A stretch of DNA of 63,644 nt, the filler included, from Octopus bimaculoides (lineage: Eukaryota): NCBI RefSeq assembly GCF_001194135.2. It is 5 parts of 5 records of this genome, joined end to end, with 100 filler letters (N's around TTAATTAATTAA, not from the genome) between each part and the next. Parts side by side here need not be neighbours in the genome. Positions count along the whole stretch, not along the records: positions 1 to 25,792 come from NC_069001.1; positions 25,893 to 42,664 come from NC_068989.1; 3 more parts are not named here. One strand, given 5' to 3'. The notes beneath the pieces were generated by a model. The model was given only the letters and a program-made list of their open reading frames with translations, was not told where the DNA came from and searched no databases. The translations under genes and the position numbers were made by a program. Below are positions 13,208 through 26,360 of the stretch, one piece after another. Numbering within the stretch: the stretch's first letter is position 1; every line of letters starts with the position of its first letter.

Positions 13208-13335
13208 GCACACACATGCATTTGCACACACATGCATATGCACACACATGCATCTGCACACACATGCATATGCACACACATGCATATGCACACACATGCA
13301 TATGCACACACATGCATATGCACACATATACGCAT
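13208..13335. repeat. 16-bp minisatellite (gcacacacatgcatat)x7-8
   Basis: Seven near-perfect units plus a partial unit. Confidence 0.95.
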
Positions 13336-14424
13336 TGGTAAATTTGTACACACGAAACTGTAAAGCTGCGTCAGTGGTTCCCAAATATTTTCAGGCTGCC
13401 GTCCCCTTGACACCCAAGCTACATTCCTAGCGCCTCTTCCCCATCTAATCATCACAAACATAGACCTCTTTCTGGAGCAAATTCAAAGCAACTATATTTC
13501 ACAAATAAAACTTAACCTAATGAACCCATTATTTTGTTGTTTTTACATGAATCACTTCCCCTCCCCATTATCGTCCCACTTTTTACAGGAATCGCTTCCC
13601 CTTTATCACCTCACTTTTCTTCAACACCCCCTTGGAAGTTTCCACCGCTGCCAGGGAGGCAATACTGCCCACTGAACTACATGAACGCAGCGAAGCACAT
13701 GCTCCATACACGCGTTACATACATACACTCACATAGACTATTCATACTTAAAGATAGCAACTAAATACGTGGTTATTTTTGGAATCATTGAATTTATTCG
13801 TATACGTTGGCATTTGTATCCGTGCATTACTGCGTGTATGCACGCGTGTTACAGCAAGCTTGTATGTGTATACGTGTTTGTGTATTCAAGCATGTATGTG
13901 TATACGTCTTTGTGTATTCAAGCGTGTGGATATGAATCCAAGCGTGTCTATAAACTAAGATTGCGTGAACGTGTATATATATATCATGTGTGCAAGTACA
14001 TATATACGTGCATATGTACAATCACGTGTATGAATGCTATCGTGGCTTTGTATGTACGTAAGTGTTGATATGCCGTGTGTGTGTGCGCGCATGCACGTCT
14101 ATGCGTGTGTGTGTGTGTGCCAACGTGTGTGTTATGTATACCTGCAAGTGTGTGTTTGCGTTTATATATTTGTGAACAACAGTAACGTTGTGTGAGCAGC
14201 CAGTGGGTTTATATATGAGAATACACATGCGCACGCACGTGAGTGTTTCAGATTACTTCATATATCCTGCCATTTCCGGTGTGGTAATTGTTAAAGATTC
14301 AATGATTAACTAAGCAAACAACCAGGCTTTCAACCACGGTGAAGTCCCAAATACGTAATATCGGAACTGAAAGGTTTTCAATGACTGAGAATATCCTTGC
14401 AATTAAGAAACAAGTACATCCTAC

Positions 14425-14600
14425 AAGAATGTGACTGTGTAGTAAGAAGCTTGCGTCCCAACCACATGGTTTTGGGTTCAGTCCCACTGTGTGGCACTTT
14501 GGACAAGTATCTTCTATAACATCTCGGGCCGACCAAAACCTTGTGAGTGGCTTTGGTAGGAGGAAACTGAAGGAAGCTTGTAGTGTGTATATATATATGT
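14425..14600 (+). mobile_element. SINE family B, 5' half
   Basis: gtgactgtgtagtaagaagcttgc...ggttcagtcccactgtgtggcac. Confidence 0.85.
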
Positions 14601-14872
14601 ATATNNNNNNNNNNNNNNNNNNNNNNNNNNNNNNNNNNNNNNNATATATATATATATATATAAGTTTATGTATATATTAATATTATCTCAGTTTAAAAAA
14701 ACCTTTGACAGTATAAATATGTTAATAGTTACCATGGGTAGCAAAAATTACACAAAGAACCAGGATATCACACCCGTTTTATAGGTAGAAATACCAAGTT
14801 CAAGTGATGCATTTTGAGTAGATATGAATAATAACAATAAATGGAGCAAAACGCATATAAATAAAAGTTCCT

Positions 14873-14967
14873 TTAATTCCTACACATGTTTCAAAATATA
14901 TGTGTGCTCTCTTCCAAAGAAGTAAGAGCTGCTGGAATTCCACATATATTCATCGTCAGGGAATCAA
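14873..14967 (-). ncRNA. Type I hammerhead ribozyme motif (probably from a Penelope-like element terminal repeat)
   Basis: Minus strand: ttgattcc-CTGACGA-tg-aatatatgtg...cacatatatt-tt-GAAA-catgt-GTA-ggaattaa. Stem I 8 bp (one G.U), stem II 10 bp, palindromic ACATGT stem III, GUA cleavage triplet. Confidence 0.7.
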
Positions 14968-15849
14968 CATATTAAAGCAAGACAAATGCGAAATGATGAG
15001 GTAACTTACGAGCTCGTAAAGTTATTGTTTCATTTTATTTCATTTTGCAACTTCCAACCATTTCGACCAACTAGCCAACCATCCATACAAGCATTTAACC
15101 AACAATCGAACTACCAAGCCAACGAGCCTTCTTACCAACCGAATCAGCGAGGGTCACTCAGGCTGGGAAAAGAATAGTAGCTAAATCTCCCTCAAATCAC
15201 ACCGTTGCCGCCTTAGAAAAGATAGCAAAAAGAAAAAAAAAATGTAAAAAGAAAACGGTAAAATAGACCGGGCGATCTTGGCTAGAATAATTCAGACATA
15301 AGCCTGTTTGGCCAGGGCTTACCTAGAGCTTCCCAACAACAACAGCAATAGCAACAATTCGCCTTCCCATCTCTTATCTTTACTTTAATATCGTCGCCAT
15401 TATTCTACAACTCTATTACATAAACACTGTATTCATTTAAAGACTAACGAAGTAACATGGTAATTCTTTCCCTCTTCTCTTCTTTCTTTCTTTCGTTTTC
15501 TCCATTACTCTCTTTCTCTTTCTTCCTTTTCTTCTTTCCGTTCCGTCTTCCTTTCTTCCTTTCCTCCTTCCTTTCTTTATATTAATTCAAATCCGAAGAC
15601 ATAGAACAGCTTCTGCAGAGAAAGTATTACAGATAATTCATAAAAGTGACTTTACGATTCTTATTCTTATTGTTGTTGCCGGATTTGTTACAAGTTGTTG
15701 TTTGTGTTGTTGTTGGATCTATTTATTTTTTGTTGTTGTTTGTATTGTTGCTCTTGTTATTTTTCTTGTTTCTTTTTTTCGTTGTTCAAGTTTTTCTTCC
15801 CCTTCTTTTTTTTTATTTCTTTGGTTTACGATCATAACAAGTCTTCTCT

Positions 15850-15892
15850 GTCAAGTCTCTCACCCTCTCTCTCCATCTCCATCTAACAATAA

Positions 15893-15965
<73 letters not shown>

Positions 15966-16650
15966 CTCTCTTATCCCCACCCCCGCCGTCTACTAGCTAT
16001 GTTCTCTTTCTCTCTCTCTCTTTCTCTCACTCTCTNNNNNNNNNNNNNNNNNNNNNNNNNNNNNNNNNNNNNNNNNNNNNNNNNNNNNNNNNNNNNNNNN
16101 NNNNNNNNNNNNNNNNNNNNNNNNNNNNNNNNNNNNNNNNNNNNNNNNNNNNNNNNNNNNNNNNNNNNNNNNNNNNNNNNNNNNNNNNNNNNNNNNNNNN
16201 NNNNNNNNNNNNNNNNNNNNNNNNNNNNNNNNNNNNNNNNNNNNNNNNNNNNNNNNNNNNNNNNNNNNNNNNNNNNNNNNNNNNNNNNNNNNNNNNNNNN
16301 NNNNNNNNNNNNNNNNNNNNNNNNNNNNNNNNNNNNNNNNNNNNNNNNNNNNNNNNNNNNNNNNNNNNNNNNNNNNNNNNNNNNNNNNNTGTTCTCTCTT
16401 TATCTCTCTCTCTCTCTCTCTGTCTCTAACTATCTCTCTCTCTCATTTTATCTCTCCTTCTCTCTACCCCTCTCAAACTTTCCCTTCTTTCTCTCCATCT
16501 CTCTCACTCTCTTCCTCTCCTTATCTCTACCCCTCTCAAACTTTCCCTTCTTTCTCTCCATCTCTCTCACTCTCTTCCTCTCCTTATCTCACCATCGCTC
16601 CCCGTCTTACACTCACCCTTTCTCCACCATATCCCTCTCTCTCAACTCCC
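15850..16650. repeat. (CT)n-rich tract including a 63-bp tandem duplication at about 16455-16590
   Basis: tacccctctcaaactttccc recurs at 16465 and 16528. Confidence 0.9.
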
Positions 16651-16969
16651 CCTCCCTCATTTACAGAAACCTTTGTAAAACATTCTCACAAATAAAACAA
16701 AAAAACCCCACAAAACCCCACAAAAACACATAAATACAAAACCAACAACTTCACAGCGTTTTTTTTTATTTGTATATTTTTATTACAATTTTTGTTTCGC
16801 AGGAATTAAAACATTCCTGTTGAATTCAATTTCTTTTTTTTCCTTTTCATCCTCTTAGATAATTTTTTGGTTTAAAATTTGGATTTAAATTTTTTGGAGA
16901 AATAAGACCACAAACTATCTTATTCCATTAAAAAAAATATTTATTTCATGTTCTTAGAATAATGGGGTT

Positions 16970-17340
16970 TCATTTAGTTATTTTCCGCATATATGTATGT
17001 GTGTATATATGTATGTGCGCGCTTGTGTATGTGCGTGTGTGCGGGTATATGTGTATGTGTGTGTATGGGTGGGTAAATGTGTGCGTATCTGTGTGGGTGT
17101 ATGTGTGCATGTGTGTGTATGTGTGTGCGCAAGTGCGTGCATGTGTATGCGTATGTGTGTATGTAGTTGTGTGTGTAAGTGTATGTGTGAACCTATATAT
17201 GTATGTGTATCTGTTTATACGTGTATATGTGTACACATGTATGTGTATATATATATGTGTGTGTGTGTGTGTGTGCATACGTTTGTTTGTACATGTGTGC
17301 GTTCATGCATGCATGTGTGTGTGCGTGCGTGTGTGTATAT
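16970..17340. repeat. (TG)n/(TA)n degenerate microsatellite
   Basis: Dinucleotide tract. Confidence 0.9.
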
Positions 17341-17379
17341 AACTTCATGAATAAAGTTCTTATGATGTAGAAGCAAGAA

Positions 17380-17515
17380 GGGCAGTGAATTAATAGAATC
17401 TGTAAAGCTTCGGACAAAATGGTAGTGAAATGGCTACTAAAACAAAATACTGCCAATTTTAACATTCTGAGTTCAAATCTCGACGAGGTCCACTTTGCCT
17501 TTCGTCCTTCTGAAG
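17380..17515 (+). mobile_element. SINE family A, degenerate
   Basis: ttctgagttcaaatctcgacgaggtccactttgcctttcgtcc. Confidence 0.7.
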
Positions 17516-17764
17516 ATAGTTGCTAAAATAACAAAATACTAGACTGAGTTCAATTTCACAAACTAAACCTCTTCCTTCATTTTAAGCTGTTGTGCATTTG
17601 TTAGAAATCGGTAGTATTCTTGTCTTTCATCTTTCCGAACGTGGCTGTTGAAAAAAAAGATGTATCAATCTGATGCTGAGGTTATTTAAACCGATCAAAC
17701 CTTTGTTGTAAATCTAAATTATATATATATGAAATTTTATAGTTTGATTTGGCTCCAAGCGACT

Positions 17765-17910
17765 TAAGGTTTCGCATGCTTCTTGCAGAAGCCGGACTCT
17801 TTCAGGCTTTAGGTTGCTATAGCAGAAGAAACTTACCTGCGGTGCTGCGTTGTGGGACTGAACCCGGACCCATATGGTTGGGAAGCATATTTCGTACCAC
17901 ACAGTCACTC
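17765..17910 (-). mobile_element. SINE family B head, degenerate
   Basis: gggactgaacccggacccatatggttgggaagc...accacacagtcactc. Confidence 0.7.
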
Positions 17911-18134
17911 TTATGTTAAATAAAAATTTCTTTGGTAGAATTATTATGTGAAAACATTACACATCCAAGTTTTGATGTTCGATATTTTATGGCAGCATTT
18001 AATAAACTACAGATCTGTCATTTACCATTTGGTCTTTAATTGAGTCGTAAAACGAAAACCATGAAAGTAAGGTAAAAATGAAGAGAACGGCTTTTAGTAT
18101 TGAAGACCTGTTATATGAATAGGCTTCCGAAATA

Positions 18135-18245
18135 ATCTTTTGTACTCTAGGCACAAGGCCCGAAATTTTGGGGGAGGAGGCCAGTCGATGAGATCGACCC
18201 CAGCACGCAACTGAAAGGCAAAGTCGACCTCGGCGGAATATGAAC
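18135..18245 (-). mobile_element. SINE family A, internally deleted
   Basis: ggcacaaggcccgaaattttgggg...aaaggcaaagtcgacctcggcggaat. Confidence 0.75.
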
Positions 18246-18334
18246 ACAAGGCTTCCGAAATAATAACGGTATCCTAGTCGATTGAAGCCAGGTTTGTAAT
18301 ATCTTTATTAAATATGGTAACTCTAACATATCTC

Positions 18335-18389
18335 TTAATCTATCTATCTACCTGTCTGTCTGTCTGTCTGTCTATCAACCAACCAACCA

Positions 18390-18457
<68 letters not shown>

Positions 18458-18579
18458 GTGTGTCTGTCTGTTGGTCTGTCTTCTGTCTGTCTCTCTTTCT
18501 CTCTCTCTTTCTATTTCTCTATCTATCTGCCAATCAATCAATCAATCAGTCTGCCTCTCTATCTATCTATCTATCTATA

Positions 18580-18616
<37 letters not shown>

Positions 18617-18652
18617 GTCGACCCGTCTGTCTATCTGTCTATACATCTATCT
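18335..18652. repeat. (CTAT)n/(CTGT)n tetranucleotide microsatellite
   Basis: Long ctat arrays. Confidence 0.95.
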
Positions 18653-20266
18653 TTTAAACATATTCTTTCATAAAAAGTATAAAACCATTAAATCCTCCTT
18701 TATTCCTTTCATTGTTGAGTTTATTCTTCAATTGTTATTGTTTCGATACATTTTTGTACGCATTTTATTTTCTGGCCGAGTAACCCTTTGATATAAGACA
18801 TTCTCGAAGTAGTCCTCTGCATGTATGTGAGACTATTATATAACACAGCAAAGTGTTATTTGAGAGAAATTGCCTACTATTTCTAGAAAGCCAAGCGACT
18901 TGTGATGGACTTGTAATGGACTCTTGTAATCTCTAACACAAAACTATTTCCCCGCGACACAGTAATGTTAGCAGTAGTGGTAGTGGTAGCAGTAGGGGTG
19001 GTAAAGGTCATACTTGTTTTATTGAGAATTTCACTTTTGATCTATAATTTGTTTTTCTTTTAATTTAATCAACTTTTATTTTATTTTATTTTATTTTTTA
19101 ATTTACACTCGGTTATAATTTTGTGATATTAGCTCGGTATTAGCTGCTCGGTGACGAATTTACCTGGCAGGTAAAAATAGTTAGAAAATTCAAACAGCTG
19201 ATACATTGGGACAGATTTGAGAGACACCCTCACCTATGCACACGCATACACGGTCATACATTCATATACTTATATATATATATATACATACGTACACATA
19301 TACGCACATAGACTCAGATGTGTAATTGTGTGCATGCATGTGTGTATATATATATATATATATGTTCAAACATGCACACCTCTCTCTATCTATCTGTCTG
19401 TCTGCCTGTCTATCGATCTATCTTTCTATTTTAATAATCGTCATTAGCTACAGAGTGACATAAGAGCTGAGTGTAACGTGCATTGGCACTTATTATTGTG
19501 TTCGCATCAACAAAAACACACACACACGCACACACACACACACGCGCACACCCGAACACACAACTACACACATACACATACCCGCCCCACTTATAATTTT
19601 AATTTCCCAAATCTTTCAATATATGATCCAAAACAAACAAATTTCCGTCTTTGTAAGATTAAAGCTTCAAATTTGACGGTGGAAAGCTGACAAGACGTCT
19701 TCGTGTAGTGACAACACGGGCTTGCGATCTATGCCCGGTCGGCTTGTAGCTTGGTCTACGTGGCTGACTTTCTGGGCTTTTTTCTGCGCTGCTTCTCTGA
19801 AGAATTTACCATAACAATTTTAAGACCTATTGTTATATAGTCTTGTACTTGAGAAACTTCGTAAAATGACTTGTTTTGTAATTACTCAATGCTCAAAATT
19901 ATGAACCTAAGCTAACATATACACAAACACACGTACACACGCACATACATACCCAAATGCATATATATACATACATACATACATGGGAAAGGAACGATAG
20001 ATTCTACAAAAAAAAAAAAAAATATGCAAGACTTTTCTCAAGTTTAAAATGTGAGATTGTTTTCATTATCTGCATTTTAAAGATGGAGTTTTCTATCTTT
20101 GTTAGAAACCAGTTCCTTCTTCAGGGTGGAATATAAAATTATTAGATACAAAAGAGACATACATACGTACGTACATAAAATCAAATGTTAGTTTACTTAT
20201 ATTTATACACGTAGTTGTACACTTAGCTATTTAGCGTCTAAAATCGCGGATGAATTTGTCAGCGAG

Positions 20267-20334
20267 TAGTTTAGCTTAATGGTAAAACACTTAGCCGGAG
20301 TTCTTGAGGGTTATGGGTTAGAGTCTCATGGCTG
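20267..20334 (+). other. tRNA-like relic (SINE head or tRNA pseudogene)
   Basis: A-box-like tagcttaatggtaa, B-box-like gggttagagtctc, acceptor-like gtagtt/ggctgc pairing with G.U pairs; no clean anticodon arm. Confidence 0.3.
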
Positions 20335-20499
20335 CTTGTTGACAAATCTTTCCGCTTTGTAAGAGTAATTTACTCAGTATTTCTGTTGTTCTAACGGCAA
20401 TGCTGCGTTCGAATAAAATATAATCTCAATGGCATCGTTCGATTCACATTTCGACGCTTATAAAAACAAATGTTAGTTTGTTTATATTTATACAGGTAG

Positions 20500-20547
<48 letters not shown>

Positions 20548-20798
20548 NNNNNNNNNNNNNNNNNNNNNNNNNNNNNNNNNNNNNNNNNNNNNNNNNNNNN
20601 NNNNNNNNNNNNNNNNNNNNNNNNNNNNNNNNNNNNNNNNNNNNNNNNNNNNNNNNNNNNNNNNNNNNNNNNNNNNNNNNNNNNNNNNNNNNNNNNNNNN
20701 NNNNNNNNNNNNNNNNNNNNNNNNNNNNNNNNNNNNNNNNNNNNNNNNNNNNNNNNNNNNNNNNNNNNNNNNNNNNNNNNNNNNNNNNNNNNNNNNNN

Positions 20799-20844
<46 letters not shown>

Positions 20845-21449
20845 TGTATGTATTTATGTATATATGTACGAACATGCGTTCATATAGGCATACGTACATG
20901 CATACATAAATGTATTCATACACACATGCAAGTATATATACATGCGTACATACATTTATACATACAGGCGCACACGAATACTTGCTGGTTTTATGGTTTT
21001 TTGAAGCGGAGCCCTTTTTCCTGTCTATATAACTGCCATTTTAGTTGACCAATCTTTAAATATTAATTTGTTAATTATGGGTTTTTGATGTATATCGATT
21101 TTCCTGCGAAACTTCGTTGGCTGTTTTTTGTCTCCAATGATCGATTTCTGTATTATAATTCCTGCTTCTCCCAATTGCAATTGCTTTATAATTCGTGTTA
21201 TCTTGTTTTCGCTTTTGTTTTTCTTTTCGTCATTAATATCGAATTATCAAAATTCCTTTGCCGGGTTTTCTGTCTCTACTGGTTGACTTCATCATTAAAA
21301 CCCATTTTGTAAAAATTGCTATCTTCTTTACTTCATTATTTATCCAACTTTACCATAATAAATGTTCTGCATTTAGCGTTGCAGAAACAATGCGTTCTTA
21401 TTCTTATTATTTATATCATTGTATCTAGGGAAGAATATTCTGTAATCAT

Positions 21450-21650
21450 TCTTTTACACTTTTATTTGTTTTAGTCATTTGACAGCGGCCATGCTGGAAC
21501 ACCGTCTTTAGTCTAACGAATCGACCCCAGGATTTATTCTTTGTAAACCTAGTACTTATTCTATCGGTCTTCTTTGCCGAACCGCTAAGTTACAGGGAGG
21601 TAAACGCACCAACATCGGTTGCAAAGAGATGGTAGGAGGACAAACATACA
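21450..21650 (-). mobile_element. SINE family B, 3' half
   Basis: ttagtcatttgacagcggccatgctggaacaccg...ccgaaccgctaagttac. Confidence 0.85.
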
Positions 21651-22309
21651 CAAACATACACACATATACATACATACATACATACATAAATGTATACCGC
21701 CGGATTGAATGGTACTGTCCAGGTGCCGAAACCATAGTGATATCCGTGGGGCAGCTGATGATGAGGGTGTATTGGGTTGTTGGTATGGCTGTTACTTTAT
21801 GTGTGGAATAGTTTCATAACACATCCATTTGATATATACATATATATATATATAGGCTTCTTACCACATAAACACATGGGTCTCTGCACGGTTTTGATCC
21901 ACCCTCTCTAGTTTCCAGTTACAAAGCTAAATTACTCTATCAAGCCTTCGATTCGTTACAAGAAGACTATAAGTGATAAAGCAACTTGCCCACTGAGCCG
22001 TGTAGCGAGTTCGAAACACAAAGCTTGGGATCACAAAACCAATATTTCAAGTAAAACTAGTTAAAAAAAATACCTCTTCCCCCACACAATCACATATGAA
22101 CAGAATATTGAAATCTCTTGTGACAGCGTAACTATAATAAAAGAAATACAAAGAAAATAAAATTCGAAATTTTACCTTCACCCCTCCCCTCGCCATTACA
22201 CATCACCACCACCACCACTACCACGAGCACCGCCGTCGCCAAAAAGAAACAGAAATTTTAAAAAAGGAGATATTTACTGGAAAGTTTTATTTTCTCGAGT
22301 ATTCTTCAC

Positions 22310-22550
22310 AATGAATATGATGACGGTGGTGACGACAGTGATGATGATGACAACGGTGATGATGATGAAGATGATGATGAAGTAGATGGTAATGGGGAAG
22401 ATGATGACGATGGCAGTAGTGGTGGTGTTAATGATGACGATATTGGATTGCGACGACGAAGATGACGGATGCCACAGATACTGCTGTTGATGATGAAGAT
22501 GATGATGATGAGGGTGATGATGGATGATGATTAGAATGATGATAATAATG
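22310..22550. repeat. (GAT)n degenerate trinucleotide tract
   Basis: gatgatgat-rich. Confidence 0.85.
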
Positions 22551-22727
22551 TAACAAAATGTTCGTTTTGATAATCTGCAGTAACTTTAGTGTAGAATATT
22601 TATATATATATATGTAGTATTTATATATATATATATATATTTTTCTATATATATATTTTTTTCTATATATATATATACACACACATACATACATAGATTT
22701 AGACATGTATATATATATATATATAGA

Positions 22728-22760
<33 letters not shown>

Positions 22761-22877
22761 AAAAAAATATATATATATATTTTTTTTTTTCTATATATAT
22801 ATATATANNNNNNNNNNATATATATATATATTTTTTTTTTTCTATATATATATATATACATGTCTAAATCTATGTAT

Positions 22878-22923
<46 letters not shown>

Positions 22924-23495
22924 ACATATATGAGTAAAATTAGGAAAAAAAGAAAAACACCAAAATGGTAACAACAAGAAAAACATGGTTGTTGCAAATG
23001 GTGATGTGGGAAGCTGTTTTTGCATCTTTTTTCGTTTTCTTTTTGTTTTTGTCTTTTAGAAAACGTCACAGTATTAAAGTTGTGAAGAAAAAGACAACAT
23101 ACAAATAACAAAAAAAAAAACAGGCAAACAATAGAGAAACAAGTTTCTTAAGTTCTTGTATGTTAGTAGGACCCAGCTGGCGACTCAAAATCTGTGTGAA
23201 ATAGACTTCAGGCTTTCTGCATCACACAGTGTGTGTTTATGCTCCCTCTCTCTAATTCTCATTGTATTTTTCTCACTTTCTCCCTCTCTCTCCCTTACAT
23301 CATTTCTCTCTCTTTGTGTCTCTCGCTGTCTTTTCTTCTCTCTCTTTATCTCAGTCTTTCTCCCTCGCTGTTTGTCTCTCTCTCCCGCTGACACTTTCAC
23401 AGTTTCGGTTTTGTTTACTGTGAAGTGACAACCAACTCGATATAGAACTGACAATATACACTCGACTAAAAACATTGCATCCATACATGAACGCA

Positions 23496-23529
<34 letters not shown>

Positions 23530-23615
23530 GATAACTATACATAGAGAAATACATACATAAACACATACAGTCATGCACACGCATACACAAACACACACGT
23601 ATACACACAGGTATA

Positions 23616-23675
<60 letters not shown>

Positions 23676-24258
23676 NNNNNNNNNNGAAGAATAATTTTGG
23701 GGAAAGGAACGAAAAGTGAATTTGGAAACAAGTTTTAAATCCACCACCCGACCCCTCCCCTCCCTTCCCACCATTGACAGTGAATGATCCCACGAGATTG
23801 GAATAGCAGTTAGCCTTGGGTGGAAAAAAAAAATCAACTTTTTTTTTTTAATAATCACGACGAAAATCATACGTATGAGAGGATGACGACGACGATGACG
23901 ACAACAGAAACAAACAAACAAACAAACAACAGCAACAACAATAGTGATACAAATAATAACAAACACAAATTGTAATAACTTTAACGTAAGAACAAAACTA
24001 CAAGAACCACCATGAAGAACCTAGCAACGTTAAGAAGAGCAGAAACAGTAGTTAGTAGATGTATCAATAATAGAAAGATGAACTGGAGAAGGGAAGGATG
24101 TGGAGGCGAGGAGCAGAAGGAGGTGGTGGAGTTGCAGAGCAGTAATAAACAGAACAGTGTTTGTGTTTAGCCAAACAAGAGAATCCTATCGAGAGAGTGG
24201 TACATTATTTACACAGCTGTACCGTACCTAAAACCAGCAAAAAATAAAACAACGATGC

Positions 24259-24293
<35 letters not shown>

Positions 24294-24310
24294 GTAATAA
24301 TAATAATAAT

Positions 24311-24494
24311 ACAGAAGGAATCAAGAGGAATATAAAGGAAATTGGAATAGAGTGTCCAGTGGAATGGCACGGCGAGAATAATCCAGAAAGTATTAGAAAG
24401 CTGAAGAGAACGAATAGCATGGTACCGTAGACTGCACGTAGTAAACCCGCTACGCTTGCAAGACTCCAGGAGCTCCAACAAAGCCTATGATAGA
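24311..24494 (+). mobile_element. 5'-truncated R4/Dong-like (RLE) non-LTR retrotransposon 3' end inside a (TAA)n tract
   Basis: Encodes TEGIKRNIKEIGIECPVE and GTARIIQKVLES* (stop 24402-24404), typical of RLE-LINE C-termini; (TAA)n on both sides. Confidence 0.7.
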
Positions 24495-24644
24495 GATAAT
24501 AATAATTTTAATAATAATAATAATCATACTAATAATAATAATGTGCAACCATGTGATAGGGAATAGGAAGCCAGCAGTCTTAATTGAGAAAGAAAACAAA
24601 CTATGCTGGATCATAGTATATCTACGCTGGATCATAGATATTAT

Positions 24645-25765
24645 TTTCTACTCTAGATACAAGGCCCGAAATTTTTGGGGAGGGGTGTCAATCGATTAGA
24701 TGGACCCTACTACGCAACTGTTCTTAATTTATGGATCCCAAAAGAATGAAAGTCAAGTTGACTTCGGTGGAATTTGAACTACGAACGTAGCAACGGGCGA
24801 AATACCACTAAGCATTTTGTCCAGCGTGCTAACGGTTCTGCCAGCTCGCCACTTTACAAAGACAATAATATTGCTTTATGATTTAAGTACGAGACCATCG
24901 GTTTTGAAGGGAGGAAATTAGTTTATACCATTGACCTCAGTATTTAGCTGGTACTTCATTTCATCGACTCCGTAGGGATGAAGAGTAAATTTGACATGAG
25001 TGATTCGAACTGAAAACGAACCTTTCGGAACGAATGTCTGAATTGATTTTTTCCTGTACTCTAACAGTTCTGTCACTTGCTGCCCTACTATTACGAATAA
25101 GGGTTTCAAATTTTGTCACAAGGAGAGTCATTTTGGGAGAGGGGATGAGTCGATTACATTGAGCTCCAGTGTTCAACTGATATTTATTCTATCGACCCCG
25201 AAAGTGTAAAAAGTAACATCGACCTCATAGGAATTTGAACTCGGAACGTAGCGACAGGCGAAATAGCACTAAACATTTTGTCCGGCGCGCTAACGATTCT
25301 GCCAGCTCGCTGCTTATTATTACGAATAATTACCCTTTGTGCTATAGGCACGAATCCTGAGTCAGTCGATTGCATCATCCCCAGTATTTATCTGGTATTT
25401 ATTTTATTGACCCCGAAAATAATGAAAGGCAAAATCGACTTTGTCGGAATTTGAAAACAGGACCTGAAGTCGGACGAAATGTTGTTAAACAATTTGTCCG
25501 GCGTGCTAACTATTCTGCCAACTAGCCATCTTAATGCTACTACTAATTATGTTTTTAACGCACGGCAAAATGCTTGGCGGCATTTCGTGTACCTTTGCAT
25601 TCTGAGTTCAAATTTCGCTGAGGTCGACATTGTCTCTCAATCTTTCGGGAGATCGATAAAATAGGTACCAGCTGCGCACTGGTGACAATGAAATCCTCTT
25701 ACCGCCTTGCCACCCCTCCCCCACCACTGCAGGCCTTGTGCCAAAGTTTGAAACCAATGTTGCTT
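24645..25765. mobile_element. Cluster of about five SINE family A copies (four minus, one plus)
   Basis: Repeated tttgaact...gctaacgattctgccagctcgc blocks; last copy (25560-25760) is on plus. Confidence 0.8.
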
Positions 25766-25792
25766 CCCTTTTAGACACAATGCCAGTAATTT

Positions 25793-25892
25793 NNNNNNNN
25801 NNNNNNNNNNNNNNNNNNNNNNNNNNNNNNNNNNNNTTAATTAATTAANNNNNNNNNNNNNNNNNNNNNNNNNNNNNNNNNNNNNNNNNNNN
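25793..25892. other. Assembly scaffold linker N44-TTAATTAATTAA-N44
   Basis: Exactly 100 bp, identical at four places. Confidence 0.95.
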
Positions 25893-26179
25893 TTCTCAGC
25901 ATGTAAACATTGCTCGTAGCGTAGTTTTTTTAAGGCTAGCAGATCGGTATTCATCTGTATTTTTTTTGTTGATAGATTTATCTCCGGGCATAGTGTATTT
26001 GTGTGTGTGTGTGTGTGGCGTTTTAAACTTATGAATGATTCACTGTCTGTGTTTGTTCACAAAATGAAATTAAATAAAGAAGAAAAAAAAAGTTTTCGTT
26101 TTGCTTCGTGTGTGATATGTGTTTTCGTATGCGTGAGTGTGTCCTGTGATTTTCACGTAGTTGTGTAAACATTAAGATG

Positions 26180-26270
26180 CATGTGTATTATTATTATTAT
26201 GATCGTTATTATTATTATTATTATTATTNNNNNNNNNNGCACATCCATGTTGTTATTCAGATTATTATTA

Positions 26271-26358
<88 letters not shown>

Positions 26359-26360
26359 CA
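26180..26360. repeat. (TAT)n microsatellite
   Basis: Long perfect tract. Confidence 0.97.
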
